A stretch of 64,000 nt of DNA from IMG/VR virus record IMGVR_UViG_3300036797_000015, positions 1 through 64,000 of that record; one strand, 5' to 3'. Position 1 is the stretch's first letter, and each line of letters opens with the position of its first letter. Of the stretch, positions 34,835 to 44,217 are shown piece by piece. The notes under the pieces were generated by a model, which saw only the letters and a program-made list of their open reading frames with translations, had not been told where the DNA came from and made no database searches. Both the position numbers and the translations under genes were made by a program. The DNA is from a virus (Duplodnaviria; Caudoviricetes).

Positions 34835-35859
34835 CACTTAAACCATTCTTCCAGCAGGCCCAGCAGGAATATGAGCGTAAGCAGGAGCTTGCCAAATTGA
34901 CGCGCCAACAGGCGTTCGATCGTGGCCTGATTACAGTACAGGACCTGGACGACGAGGAACTGCGCGCAGGTAGGTGTCGCGACGAACTTGGCAGGATACC
35001 ACGTAACAAGAACAAGACCGAACCTGTACCACGCGACATACACGACGAGATCATCGCTGAGCACGAAGCACGCTGGAACCAGAACCTGCGTGAGAAGCTA
35101 GACACAATGACAGAGGTCATCGCTGGAGTGGCCCTGGATGATACAGCTGAACCACGTGACAGGATGGAAGCTGCTAAGTGGATCATTGAGCGCGTGGCGG
35201 GTAAAGCACCAGAGCGCGTAAATGTTACTGTTAACAAACTCCCGTGGGAAGAGATGATCCATGGTATCGCCAAACGTACCAAAGCGGAACACGATGCGCT
35301 CAAGGCTGGCACTATCGATGCGGAAGTGGTGGATGTACCTACTGGCGAAAGTGGGCCTGGAGGACTACAAGGGCCAGACGAGTTTGTACAACAAGAAGCA
35401 CAAGTAGCTGGTGAATCTGATGGACCCAACGGATCTGGTGGAGTGCCCAGATATGAGTTTGACCCCACTGATGGACCAGTGGATGATTATGTTCCCCCTG
35501 CGCACATCTACACGCAGGAAGTGCGTTACCCACACGCACCTCCGGCACCATCACAGCAGGTACCAGCAAACTCAATGTCGATAGCGCCTGGACCGCAGAT
35601 TGAGCGCCCAGAGACTTGGCCCGATGAAGGCACGAGTATGTCATGGGACGAGATTGATAGCAAGATCAGGGAACGTGCTGAGGGCCGCAAGCAAAAAGAC
35701 GACATCCGCAAGCAGGCCAAGAAGCGCAGAATTGTCAAGCGCACATTAGGCTATGACGCTATCCCTAACAATCTAACAGTGGCAGCCAACGAACATGAAC
35801 AAGACAACGGTCGCATCAAAGTCACATTCGACTTACAAAAGCGCGACGACGACGTGTGA
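34831..35859 (+). CDS. terS: Terminase small subunit with long disordered C-terminal extension
   Basis: DLDDEELRAGRCRDELGR and RMEAAKWIIERVAGK motifs; upstream of head module; alternative start 34789. Confidence 0.7.
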   Translation: MTLKPFFQQAQQEYERKQELAKLTRQQAFDRGLITVQDLDDEELRAGRCRDELGRIPRNKNKTEPVPRDIHDEIIAEHEARWNQNLREKLDTMTEVIAGVALDDTAEPRDRMEAAKWIIERVAGKAPERVNVTVNKLPWEEMIHGIAKRTKAEHDALKAGTIDAEVVDVPTGESGPGGLQGPDEFVQQEAQVAGESDGPNGSGGVPRYEFDPTDGPVDDYVPPAHIYTQEVRYPHAPPAPSQQVPANSMSIAPGPQIERPETWPDEGTSMSWDEIDSKIRERAEGRKQKDDIRKQAKKRRIVKRTLGYDAIPNNLTVAANEHEQDNGRIKVTFDLQKRDDDV

Positions 35860-35899
35860 GATATACTCAAGTTGTGCGCATCGGCCAAGGTACCGCACT

Positions 35900-35952
35900 C
35901 AGCTGCCCGACCTGGTTAGTGTTTCCCCGGTCCACGCCGGGTCGGGCGGCTG
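35900..35952 (+). promoter_or_regulatory. 16-bp intergenic RNA hairpin
   Basis: CAGCTGCCCGACCTGG/CCGGGTCGGGCGGCTG with two G-U pairs; no U tract. Confidence 0.65.
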
Positions 35953-35987
35953 ACCCAATAACTTAACATTGCCTGCGACACTGGTAA

Positions 35988-36203
35988 GTGGCGCGCTCCC
36001 AACGAGTTAGGATGAAGCAAATGGCAAAGTGGCAGACTACGCCACGGAAGGCTCTACAGCCCATTCCGCGTGTGGTAGATAACACGGATCTGATTGGTAT
36101 TCGCCAGTGGATCCTTCAGGCCAGCAGAGTGCCGATCCGCAGTCAGGATATGCCTGGTGGACCTGGTACATTCTCGCCTTATGGCAACACGAACTTCCGC
36201 TAG
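35988..36203 (+). CDS. Small basic protein
   Basis: MARSQRVRMKQMAKW...; start uncertain. Confidence 0.55.
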   Translation: MARSQRVRMKQMAKWQTTPRKALQPIPRVVDNTDLIGIRQWILQASRVPIRSQDMPGGPGTFSPYGNTNFR

Positions 36204-36240
36204 GTCTGGCACCAATGTGTCTTGGACAATTGACGGAATC

Positions 36241-36540
36241 ATGCTCGCACTCGTGGTCCTATTGTGGCTATGGCTGCGCGACCAGTTTCACCACCAAAAC
36301 AGGAAGTTGGATCATATCATGACCGCTGTACAGGTTGAGCAGGAAGAGCTGGACACCGTAGCTGCCTCTGTTGAGGACATTGCTGTAGCGATCAGCAATC
36401 TCCCGCCTGAGTCACTGCCCGCTGGCGTGCTCGATGGCATCAACAAGAGTCTGGCAGACGCCCAGGCCGCAATCTCAGCCAAGACGCCAGAGGTACCTAC
36501 GCCTGTGGCAGATTCGCTGGCCAAGAAGCATCATGGCTAA
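36241..36540 (+). CDS. Membrane-anchored coiled-coil protein
   Basis: TM LALVVLLWLWL then acidic helix; start uncertain. Confidence 0.6.
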   Translation: MLALVVLLWLWLRDQFHHQNRKLDHIMTAVQVEQEELDTVAASVEDIAVAISNLPPESLPAGVLDGINKSLADAQAAISAKTPEVPTPVADSLAKKHHG

Positions 36541-36649
36541 GCCCAAACCGAAGCTGCCCAAGAAGGTGCTCAAGAAGGCCAAGCGCAATTTCAAGCGTTC
36601 TGGCTTGGGTGCTAAGGCGCAGCTCAAAGGCAAACAAAAGGCATACTGA
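36533..36649 (+). CDS. Lys-rich basic peptide (38 aa)
   Basis: MAKPKPKLPKKVLKKAKRNFKRSGLGAKAQLKGKQKAY: 13 K, 2 R, no acidic residues; coupled both sides. Confidence 0.7.
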   Translation: MAKPKPKLPKKVLKKAKRNFKRSGLGAKAQLKGKQKAY

Positions 36650-37167
36650 TGGCTAGGTCAGCAAAGCAGCGCGCACAGTCAAAGCTAAATGGCGCGAAGC
36701 ACAGAGGCCATACTGCCAAGCAATTTCGTGCTGTTGGCAATCAGCTTTCACAGCATGGTATGGGTAGCTCAGCCAAGCAGAGACGCAACACTGCTCGTTA
36801 CATGCGACCCAGTTTCGGTCCTGATGGTCGTATGACCCAAATCAATCGCACTCCTGAGCAACGTGCTGCTGGTGTTCATAGAGGTGCGAGTATGGGGCAC
36901 GTAACATTCCCTGTAGCTCGTGGAGCTAGTGAAGAGTTCCATGTTTACCACCAACCATTGTACGGTGGTAGCAAGAATGTGCGTGGCGTTTGGCAAGCAG
37001 GCTCAAAGACTTTGATGTCTAATGGGGCAGCTATACATAGTCGTGTCGGTGGCCCAACCACCAGTAGACGTGGCGCAGAAATGATAGCACGTAACGCGGC
37101 TGCAGCAAGCAAAGCTGCTGCTTCGCATATCAATGATGCTAAGCGTGCTGGGATTAGGGGCAGATGA
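36649..37167 (+). CDS. Basic low-complexity protein
   Basis: TGATG coupling; R/K/A/G/S rich. Confidence 0.75.
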   Translation: MARSAKQRAQSKLNGAKHRGHTAKQFRAVGNQLSQHGMGSSAKQRRNTARYMRPSFGPDGRMTQINRTPEQRAAGVHRGASMGHVTFPVARGASEEFHVYHQPLYGGSKNVRGVWQAGSKTLMSNGAAIHSRVGGPTTSRRGAEMIARNAAAASKAAASHINDAKRAGIRGR

Positions 37168-37442
37168 TGGCCAAGAAGACAAAGAACTTTCGCAACGTAA
37201 TTGGTGGGCAGAGTCCTGCTGGTGTAGGTGCCACAGCCGGTCTGAACCGTAACCCGTTTGGCAAATACGGCAAGACCAAATACCCGCAGAACCAGGGCAC
37301 AACTGGGCGTAGTGCGCGCAAACCGCAGGTGCCAGCGCCGACAGATGGCTATGGTATCAAGGTACAGAAGGCAAATACCAAGTCTGCGGTGACTATGGGC
37401 ACACCCAAGATGCGTACACTCGACAAAGAGCTGGGGTGCTGA
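37164..37442 (+). CDS. Basic low-complexity protein
   Basis: ATGA overlap; K/G/T/P rich. Confidence 0.75.
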   Translation: MMAKKTKNFRNVIGGQSPAGVGATAGLNRNPFGKYGKTKYPQNQGTTGRSARKPQVPAPTDGYGIKVQKANTKSAVTMGTPKMRTLDKELGC

Positions 37443-37443
37443 A

Positions 37444-37653
37444 ATGGGCCTACCAAAGCCAAAGAAGCTGAGCAGCTCAGTGGACGATGCTGTAGCTCGG
37501 GCGCTAGCGCGTGGCGGGAAGCGTAACCCAAACGCAAATACGGTGCCTGCCGGCAAGATGTGGAACAACTTCAATGAGCTTAGTGGGTTTCGTGGCCCCA
37601 GCAAGCCAAAGAAGCCGCACACGAATCTGAATGGTAGGCCGATCAATGGCTAA
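37444..37653 (+). CDS. Basic low-complexity protein
   Basis: GGAGCTGGGG-type SD region upstream; K/P/N/G rich. Confidence 0.7.
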   Translation: MGLPKPKKLSSSVDDAVARALARGGKRNPNANTVPAGKMWNNFNELSGFRGPSKPKKPHTNLNGRPING

Positions 37654-38014
37654 GTTTACCAAGCAGTTCAACAAGGAGCTGGACAAGCAGACCAAAGGCG
37701 TATCTGGCAGCCAGTATCTGCTTGGCGCTAGTACAAGCGTTGGTAAGCAGACGTTCATCCCTTCAATGAGCAACAACTTTGAAGAGAACATCGTTGAGGG
37801 CTTGGAGAAGCTACAGGGCACGAAGCCCAAACTGATGAAGGCAGGCGGTAACAAACACCTGTCTGCGCCAAAGACCAAAGCTAACAAGATGGTTACGCCA
37901 GCGACACATACGCAGAATAATGTATCGATGGTTGGGGACAACGTGAAAGTGAAGACCCCAAGATCAGGCGTTGGTAGAATTTTTAGACGAGGCACTCACG
38001 GGAGGTTCGCATAA
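37646..38014 (+). CDS. Basic low-complexity protein
   Basis: Overlaps upstream stop; K/G/T/N rich. Confidence 0.75.
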   Translation: MAKFTKQFNKELDKQTKGVSGSQYLLGASTSVGKQTFIPSMSNNFEENIVEGLEKLQGTKPKLMKAGGNKHLSAPKTKANKMVTPATHTQNNVSMVGDNVKVKTPRSGVGRIFRRGTHGRFA

Positions 38015-38430
38015 TGGCACGTGGAGGATCTGGTGGTCGCCGAGGTGGCGGTCGCGGGCGTGGTAACGGTAGTACCGCTGCTGGCGGTGCTGCGGGCTTT
38101 CCAGCTGGAGCGCAGGGCACGCGGACTAGCTTCGCTCAGTCTGGCGGCAAAGCAAACAGCTTCCAGGGTGGTAAGGGCGGTGGTGCGTGGCAGTCGCCTG
38201 GAGGTGGCGCTAAGGGCACCAAAACCAAGGGCAAGTCTCAGTTTGGCAACTCTACGCCATTTAACATCCGCAATGCGGGTGGGGATGGTACGCTAATCCC
38301 AGGTGCGCACGGAGGCGCTGGGCGTTTGAATCTGCCAGGCAGTAACGCCAAGGGTAACAAGGGCAGGACGAACACCAGTATCGTCAAGCCTCACCAGTTG
38401 GCGCCCAAAGGATTTGGTGGTGGCTACTAA
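38014..38430 (+). CDS. Gly-rich RGG/FG basic protein
   Basis: GGAGG SD, TAATG coupling; one acidic residue in 138 aa. Confidence 0.8.
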   Translation: MARGGSGGRRGGGRGRGNGSTAAGGAAGFPAGAQGTRTSFAQSGGKANSFQGGKGGGAWQSPGGGAKGTKTKGKSQFGNSTPFNIRNAGGDGTLIPGAHGGAGRLNLPGSNAKGNKGRTNTSIVKPHQLAPKGFGGGY

Positions 38431-38795
38431 TGGCGCGCAATCGCAGCATGGGCTTTAGCAAAAAGGGCACTGGCACGCCGAGCCGTTTGGGTGGTAGGAT
38501 AGCACGACGTATCCTCAACCCTTGGGGCGACAATATGCGCCAGGGTCGACTTGCGCCATTGACTGGTACGACTACCGCACGTAACCGCGCATCTGGTAGC
38601 TCACGTAAAGCTCAGCAGATTGACCCCAGTCGTCTGAGCATGAGTTATCCTGCCAATGACCCGGCGCAGTGGCCTGTTATCCCTGACCCCACTACTGGGC
38701 GACGTGGTAACCCAAGTACAAATACGCAGGCGAAAGCAGACCGGAACAATGCGGCGGTGAACCACGCGTATCTGCGCACTACTGGTCTGAGCTAG
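38430..38795 (+). CDS. Arg-rich low-complexity protein
   Basis: TAATG coupling; R/T/P/G rich. Confidence 0.75.
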   Translation: MARNRSMGFSKKGTGTPSRLGGRIARRILNPWGDNMRQGRLAPLTGTTTARNRASGSSRKAQQIDPSRLSMSYPANDPAQWPVIPDPTTGRRGNPSTNTQAKADRNNAAVNHAYLRTTGLS

Positions 38796-38811
38796 TAGAG
38801 CGCACCGTAAA

Positions 38812-40059
38812 GTGTCACGCACTTACATACGCGACTGGCGGGGCAGATTCGCCCGCACAGGTTCTGTTCGTGTTCGTAAGGTCCACAGGCCCACAGTACG
38901 CAAGCCTAAACTGCGCAGGCCTAGCTTTGAACCAGGCATCATCCAGATTGGGCGCACCAAAGACCCGCTGACCTGGGACCAGATTAAGGGCACAAACGCA
39001 AAGCGCGATGGGCGAATACTCTGGCGTCTCAAGAAGGACGGCGACATCCAGACTGAGGACGAGTTTGTCAAGAAGGCAGACCAGCTTCACAGGTTGTATC
39101 GAAAGGCGCACCCCAATGACAAGAACTTCGCCACCAAGAACTCAATTTGTAACGCAGCCTTACGGCAGGAATTTGACGAAACGGGCAAAGTCAAGCCTTT
39201 ACCAGTACCTGGCCACACTGAAAAAGCAGGACCAAGCACTCCTGCACCCAAAAAAGAAGTAGGCAAGACGCCAGGCGGCATGAAACTGCTGGAGAAGTAC
39301 AAGCCAGACCCCAAAAAGAAGTACCACATATTCGGCAAGAACCACCCGCTTGACTCGGATCTGGACTACAAGAAGGCGCAAGACGAGGGTGACAAGGCCG
39401 AGATTGCTTTCTTGAAGGGTAAGGTCAAGTATTATCGTGCTCAGCAGCGAGATAAGCGATCTGCACATACGGCTCCATACGGTGCGTACATAAAAGATGT
39501 TGAAGAGCGCATAGACGAGCTTGAGAACCCAGAACTACACACTGACAAAGAGTTTCTGGAGGGTTTGTATGGTAAAGACGACCCCAAAGAGCAGGCCGCA
39601 CGCGAAAAGGCCAGGCAGGAACGCATAGCGAAGCGTGAAGCCAAGCGTTTGGGCGAGATCACTTACAAGAACCAGCCTGCCTTTGAGATACGCACTCGTG
39701 TTCGCCAGCTAACCAAAGAGCTTGGCGATAGTATGGACGGCTTTTTCAAGTATGCACAAAAGCTTGAGGCCAAAGACCCCAATTTCGACATGTCCCCAGA
39801 CTACATTAAGCGTCGGCACGATATCCGCCAGCGCAATGACCAGATTATGGGTGACCTTGGGCGGCTTGAGCAAAAGCTGAATACCATGGAGCCAGATACG
39901 AGCGAGAGTATCAAGGACGCAAAAGACATTGCGGACCTTATACGCATTATGCAGAACCGCCACCCCAGCGTAGACGTGTCCACTGACTTTGTGACTAGCA
40001 TTCCTGCGGCTAAAGCTGAGTTCATGAGCAAGTACAAATACGATGTTACTCGTGTATAG
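38812..40059 (+). CDS. Head-module protein with N-terminal RDWRGRF motif
   Basis: 415 aa; basic N-terminus, charged helical body; TAG stop is in frame with the next ORF. Confidence 0.75.
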   Translation: MSRTYIRDWRGRFARTGSVRVRKVHRPTVRKPKLRRPSFEPGIIQIGRTKDPLTWDQIKGTNAKRDGRILWRLKKDGDIQTEDEFVKKADQLHRLYRKAHPNDKNFATKNSICNAALRQEFDETGKVKPLPVPGHTEKAGPSTPAPKKEVGKTPGGMKLLEKYKPDPKKKYHIFGKNHPLDSDLDYKKAQDEGDKAEIAFLKGKVKYYRAQQRDKRSAHTAPYGAYIKDVEERIDELENPELHTDKEFLEGLYGKDDPKEQAAREKARQERIAKREAKRLGEITYKNQPAFEIRTRVRQLTKELGDSMDGFFKYAQKLEAKDPNFDMSPDYIKRRHDIRQRNDQIMGDLGRLEQKLNTMEPDTSESIKDAKDIADLIRIMQNRHPSVDVSTDFVTSIPAAKAEFMSKYKYDVTRV

Positions 40060-40065
40060 CGTATC

Positions 40066-40749
40066 ATGCATAATGACGACTCAATTTTGGCTGCCATGAA
40101 GGGCAGTTTCGCTGGTATCGAACAGCAGATGGACCGGTACCCCAAACTGAAGATCGACGCGATCACTGATCAGGTTGGCGCTACTAACCAAATAGAGAAG
40201 ACACGCGTGGGCGCTAGCTGTAGTCGTGGCTTTACCATTAAGCTGAATGTTAACCCGTTCGCAGTAGCAAATCCAAAGCGTGTACACGATAACACTGCTA
40301 ACAATGACCAAACGCACTGGCACCCATATGGAACGGAAGCGAATGTGTACCAGTTCAATACCATACACGAGTTTGGCCACGCAGTCGATTGGCGCGCCTT
40401 TGTCTGGGAGCAGGACAAGAAAGATGGCTATCTGGATATAGATAAGAACAACCAGAAGCGACATGCTGCTATTATGAAGGTGTTGTACAAAGAATACTCT
40501 GATGCCAATGATGGCAATAAACCTAGTGGTGAAAATGAATTGCTTGTTTGGATAAAAGCCAAAAAGCAGGTTAGCGCGTATTCTTGGGAACGTAATGACA
40601 AAGGTGAGCTAACGGGGCAGCTACAGGACGACGAGTTGCTAGCTGAAGCGTGGGGTGCGTGCGAGTTTGGGGCAGGTAGGCCAACGAAAGTGGAATTGGC
40701 CTTACACAACCTTATGTGGGAGGGGCTGAAGAAGCATGGACTTACTTGA
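40066..40749 (+). CDS. Zincin-type metallopeptidase domain
   Basis: TIHEFGHAV (HExxH) and downstream YS...ELLAEAW; no SD; same frame as 38812-40059. Confidence 0.75.
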   Translation: MHNDDSILAAMKGSFAGIEQQMDRYPKLKIDAITDQVGATNQIEKTRVGASCSRGFTIKLNVNPFAVANPKRVHDNTANNDQTHWHPYGTEANVYQFNTIHEFGHAVDWRAFVWEQDKKDGYLDIDKNNQKRHAAIMKVLYKEYSDANDGNKPSGENELLVWIKAKKQVSAYSWERNDKGELTGQLQDDELLAEAWGACEFGAGRPTKVELALHNLMWEGLKKHGLT

Positions 40750-40930
40750 GCGATATGAAGCTGCTATGGCCAGCCCCAGCCCAGACATAGAAACGCACCA
40801 AGGCTTTAACATGAATACTGTCTGCGCGATGACCAAAGCCAAATACGACCCAACGGCTGAGAATCTGGCGGCAGCGCGTAAGGCTATACAAGACCAGATT
40901 GATGGCGTGGACCCGTATGAGTTTGAATAA
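40736..40930 (+). CDS. Small acidic protein
   Basis: Overlaps the peptidase end and the TerL start. Confidence 0.65.
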   Translation: MDLLERYEAAMASPSPDIETHQGFNMNTVCAMTKAKYDPTAENLAAARKAIQDQIDGVDPYEFE

Positions 40931-42557
40931 CCACGTCCTGCTTGACCCATGGGACATCTACGAGTCTGAGCACGTAGATTGGCACCCACACCCGGGCCAG
41001 GTACATGTTCTTGACTCCCCAGCGCGACACCGAGTATGGTGCGCTGGACGACGTACAGGGAAGTCTGAGCTAGGTGGGCATATCCTACTGCCGGAGGTAT
41101 TCTACACAAAGTCGGTGGCCGAGGAATGGCGCAAGAAGGGCAAACGTCGTGAGTTCTGGATAGTAGGAGATGAATATGTTACTGCCGATAAGGAGTTTCG
41201 CGTTATCTGGAACCTCGTTAAGCATCTTGGAATCCCCATGGATTCAGGGTCCCACCACTCTATCGATGGTAGAAGCCAGGGCGTGCTCTCACTCTGGGAT
41301 AACGCCTTCATGGTCACCACTCAGTCAGCGAAGTATCCTGAGAACCTGGTCGGTGAGGCACTCTGCGGGGTGCTGATGGTTGAGGCAGCTAAGAGTAAGC
41401 CATCAACGTGGCAGAAGTATGTTCGCCCAATGCTCAACGACTATAAGGGCTGGAGCATACACACGTCCACCCCAGAAGGCAAGAACCACTTCTGGGAGAA
41501 GTACAATATGGGGCAGGACCCATACCAGCCAGATTGGGCATCATGGAGAATGCCTGCTTGGCGTAATCCATTTGTCTACACGGAGACCACAAACGACCAG
41601 CACGTCAAATTCCTACTCGACCAACTTGAGACACACGCAGGTACGAGCGCGGCGAAGATAGCTGCTGTCAACGGTCTACAGATTGACCCTGAGATTTTGT
41701 CCCTTGCGGACGAACTAACCATCGAACTCTTCAAACAAGAGGTGTTCGCAGACTTTACCGAGTTTGTAGGGCAGGTGTTCAAAGACTATGATGAAGAATA
41801 TCATGTCAGTGACCTTGAGTTCAACCCCGACTGGCTCACGTTTGCTGCTGTTGACTACGGATTTACCAATCCCAACGTTTGGCTACTCATTCAGGTGGGT
41901 CCCTGGGGTGAGATTAACGTGCTGGATGAGATCTACGAGCCAGGACTCACAGCGGATCAATTTGCTGAGGAAATTAAACGACGAGGCCTCAACCCTCCGC
42001 AGCTCAGAGTATTCTATCCCGACCCAGCTGACCCAATGTCAAGTCAAACACTCCAGGATAAACTGAAAGTTGCCTCGATGGGAGGCACTGGCGGGGAATT
42101 GAATGTGCGTATCAATTTGATCCGCGCTGCGCTTCGTGAAGGTCGTCGTGATTACGGTGCCTTGACAGATTCAAACGCAGAGGTATGGCGTCCGCGCCTT
42201 CAGTTCAACAGGCGTTGTATCCATACGCGTGAGGATATGATGGCGTACCGTTATCCTGAGCGTAAGGAAGACCAAGAGACCAGCGTTCCACGTATGGAAC
42301 TGCCAATGAAGAAGGACGATCATGGGCCTGAAGCTCTGGGCAGGTTTATGGTTGGCTACTTTGGGCCTGCCTCTCTTCTTGGTGCGGGTGGTACCAGAGT
42401 TACCAGAGCGAACATGGGCCGCCACACTCGTTCCCGCGCTAATGCTCAGCGTGGTAAGCCTATTAGTGCTATGCGGCCCACCCCGCGAGGTTACCCAGAC
42501 TGGAAAGACAAACTACAGCCGGGTGCGTACGGCATTGTCACGAATGAGGAGTGGTAG
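40917..42557 (+). CDS. terL: Terminase large subunit
   Basis: AGRRTGKS Walker A, LMVEAAK Walker B-like, STPEGKNHF, AAVDYGFTNP RNaseH nuclease, DDHGPEAL. Confidence 0.93.
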   Translation: MSLNNHVLLDPWDIYESEHVDWHPHPGQVHVLDSPARHRVWCAGRRTGKSELGGHILLPEVFYTKSVAEEWRKKGKRREFWIVGDEYVTADKEFRVIWNLVKHLGIPMDSGSHHSIDGRSQGVLSLWDNAFMVTTQSAKYPENLVGEALCGVLMVEAAKSKPSTWQKYVRPMLNDYKGWSIHTSTPEGKNHFWEKYNMGQDPYQPDWASWRMPAWRNPFVYTETTNDQHVKFLLDQLETHAGTSAAKIAAVNGLQIDPEILSLADELTIELFKQEVFADFTEFVGQVFKDYDEEYHVSDLEFNPDWLTFAAVDYGFTNPNVWLLIQVGPWGEINVLDEIYEPGLTADQFAEEIKRRGLNPPQLRVFYPDPADPMSSQTLQDKLKVASMGGTGGELNVRINLIRAALREGRRDYGALTDSNAEVWRPRLQFNRRCIHTREDMMAYRYPERKEDQETSVPRMELPMKKDDHGPEALGRFMVGYFGPASLLGAGGTRVTRANMGRHTRSRANAQRGKPISAMRPTPRGYPDWKDKLQPGAYGIVTNEEW

Positions 42558-44215
42558 TGCCAATTGATGCCAGGCAGTATGACTCTGCTATCGACTTTAT
42601 CGAGCATGACCGCGAGTTCAGCAAACTCGTTGGTAACCTAACCAACAACGACGATAAAGCACGCATCAAAGCGTATGAGCTGTATGAAGACTTCTACCAT
42701 AACCGGCCTGAGCATATTCGCGTCACGCTTCGTGGCGAGGATGACGACTCTGTAGAGATTTACGTGCCGAGCCTCAAGAAGTATGTAGAGGCTATCAACA
42801 GATTCCTTGCGGTCAACTTTCAATACTACATCGACCCAGACGGATCTGGCAACGCAGACGAGCAAGCCAACGTCGACAACGCGCTAGCGACTTTGTTTAA
42901 GAACGAAAAGGTGCTTGCCAAGTTCAACAAGATGAAGCGTTACATGCTCATGAAAGGTGACGCTTGCTTCCATGTTGTCGGATTGCCGTGGGAAAGGCCA
43001 GGTAAACGTGTCAAGATATATGAGCTTAAGCCTGAGCACTACTTTCCCATCGAAGATCCTGTTACAGGGCACGTCATGGGGGCTCACATTGTCGACATCA
43101 TCGGTAATCCGCGCAACACTCCTAGCACTCAGCGTTACACCGGTGATTTCTTGGTACGTCGCCAAACATATAGACGAATGGTCAACGAGGATACAAACCT
43201 CCCGACTGGTGCGATCACTTCGGAACTTTCCCTTTGGGAAATTGGACGTTGGGACGACCGTCTACCTATTCCCCTGAGGACACAAAGCCTGAGTCTGGTA
43301 GACATGATTCAGGAAGAGCACGAACTACCCAAAGAGATCACGCAGATCCCTGTGTTCCATTGGGCCCATAACTCCCCACCCAATAGCACTTTCGGCATGA
43401 GTGTAGCGGCGGGTATCGAATCCATCCTGTCTGCTATCAACCAAGCAATGTCTGATGAAGACTTGACTCTGATCACTCAGGGTCTAGGTGTGTACTGGAC
43501 CGATGCCTCACCGCCTGTTGATGAATTCGGGAATGAGACTGAGTGGGAAATTGGCCCAGGCGCAGTGGTCCGAGTAGGGGCAGGCGGCAATTTCAACCGC
43601 GTGTCAGGTGTGAGTTCTGTTAGTCCCTACTTGGACCACGTTAAGCAGCTTGATGAGTTTGCGCAGCAGGGTCTTGGCGTGCCTGATATCGCTATTGGTA
43701 TGGTAGACGTACAGACTGCCGAATCTGGTATCGCACTACAGCTCAAATTCGGGCCGATGCTTGCGGCGAATGCTGAGACTGAACTCACGATGGTCGATAC
43801 TACAGATGACTTCTTGAGCAGCCTAGTCAACGGGTTCATCCCTGCCTATGAGAAGGTGCCGAACAACGGGCAGATAGAGGCGACGACGCAGTTTGACGAC
43901 GCGATGCCGAAGAACCAGGATCAGGAACTTACGAATATCCTGTCAATTTGGCAGCAGACCGAGGGTGTGACAGGCGTCGAGTGGCTATACACGCAGCTGA
44001 ATGATATCATGGGCTATGAACTTGACTACAACAGTGACTTTGATACCGCTGTTGAGGACATGACTAAGATTGCTGGAGCTGCTGGAGGCCCAACCATGAT
44101 GGGCGGTGGCCCGAATGGCTCTGACTTTGCTAACCAACTAGACCAACAGCTCGGCGATAGCCAGAACGCTGGCTTGAACGGTAACAAGTACGACTTCTCT
44201 AGCATGAATGGGTGA
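42551..44215 (+). CDS. Portal protein
   Basis: 554 aa after TerL; PVFHW, GMSVAAGIE, AESGIALQLK motifs. Confidence 0.85.
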   Translation: MVVPIDARQYDSAIDFIEHDREFSKLVGNLTNNDDKARIKAYELYEDFYHNRPEHIRVTLRGEDDDSVEIYVPSLKKYVEAINRFLAVNFQYYIDPDGSGNADEQANVDNALATLFKNEKVLAKFNKMKRYMLMKGDACFHVVGLPWERPGKRVKIYELKPEHYFPIEDPVTGHVMGAHIVDIIGNPRNTPSTQRYTGDFLVRRQTYRRMVNEDTNLPTGAITSELSLWEIGRWDDRLPIPLRTQSLSLVDMIQEEHELPKEITQIPVFHWAHNSPPNSTFGMSVAAGIESILSAINQAMSDEDLTLITQGLGVYWTDASPPVDEFGNETEWEIGPGAVVRVGAGGNFNRVSGVSSVSPYLDHVKQLDEFAQQGLGVPDIAIGMVDVQTAESGIALQLKFGPMLAANAETELTMVDTTDDFLSSLVNGFIPAYEKVPNNGQIEATTQFDDAMPKNQDQELTNILSIWQQTEGVTGVEWLYTQLNDIMGYELDYNSDFDTAVEDMTKIAGAAGGPTMMGGGPNGSDFANQLDQQLGDSQNAGLNGNKYDFSSMNG

Positions 44216-44217
44216 AA

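Noticed and set aside
17921-39530. Extra TTGAGAAC boxA-like words near 17921 and 39521
   Set aside because: Inside coding regions, lacking the GTTG prefix, and compatible with chance
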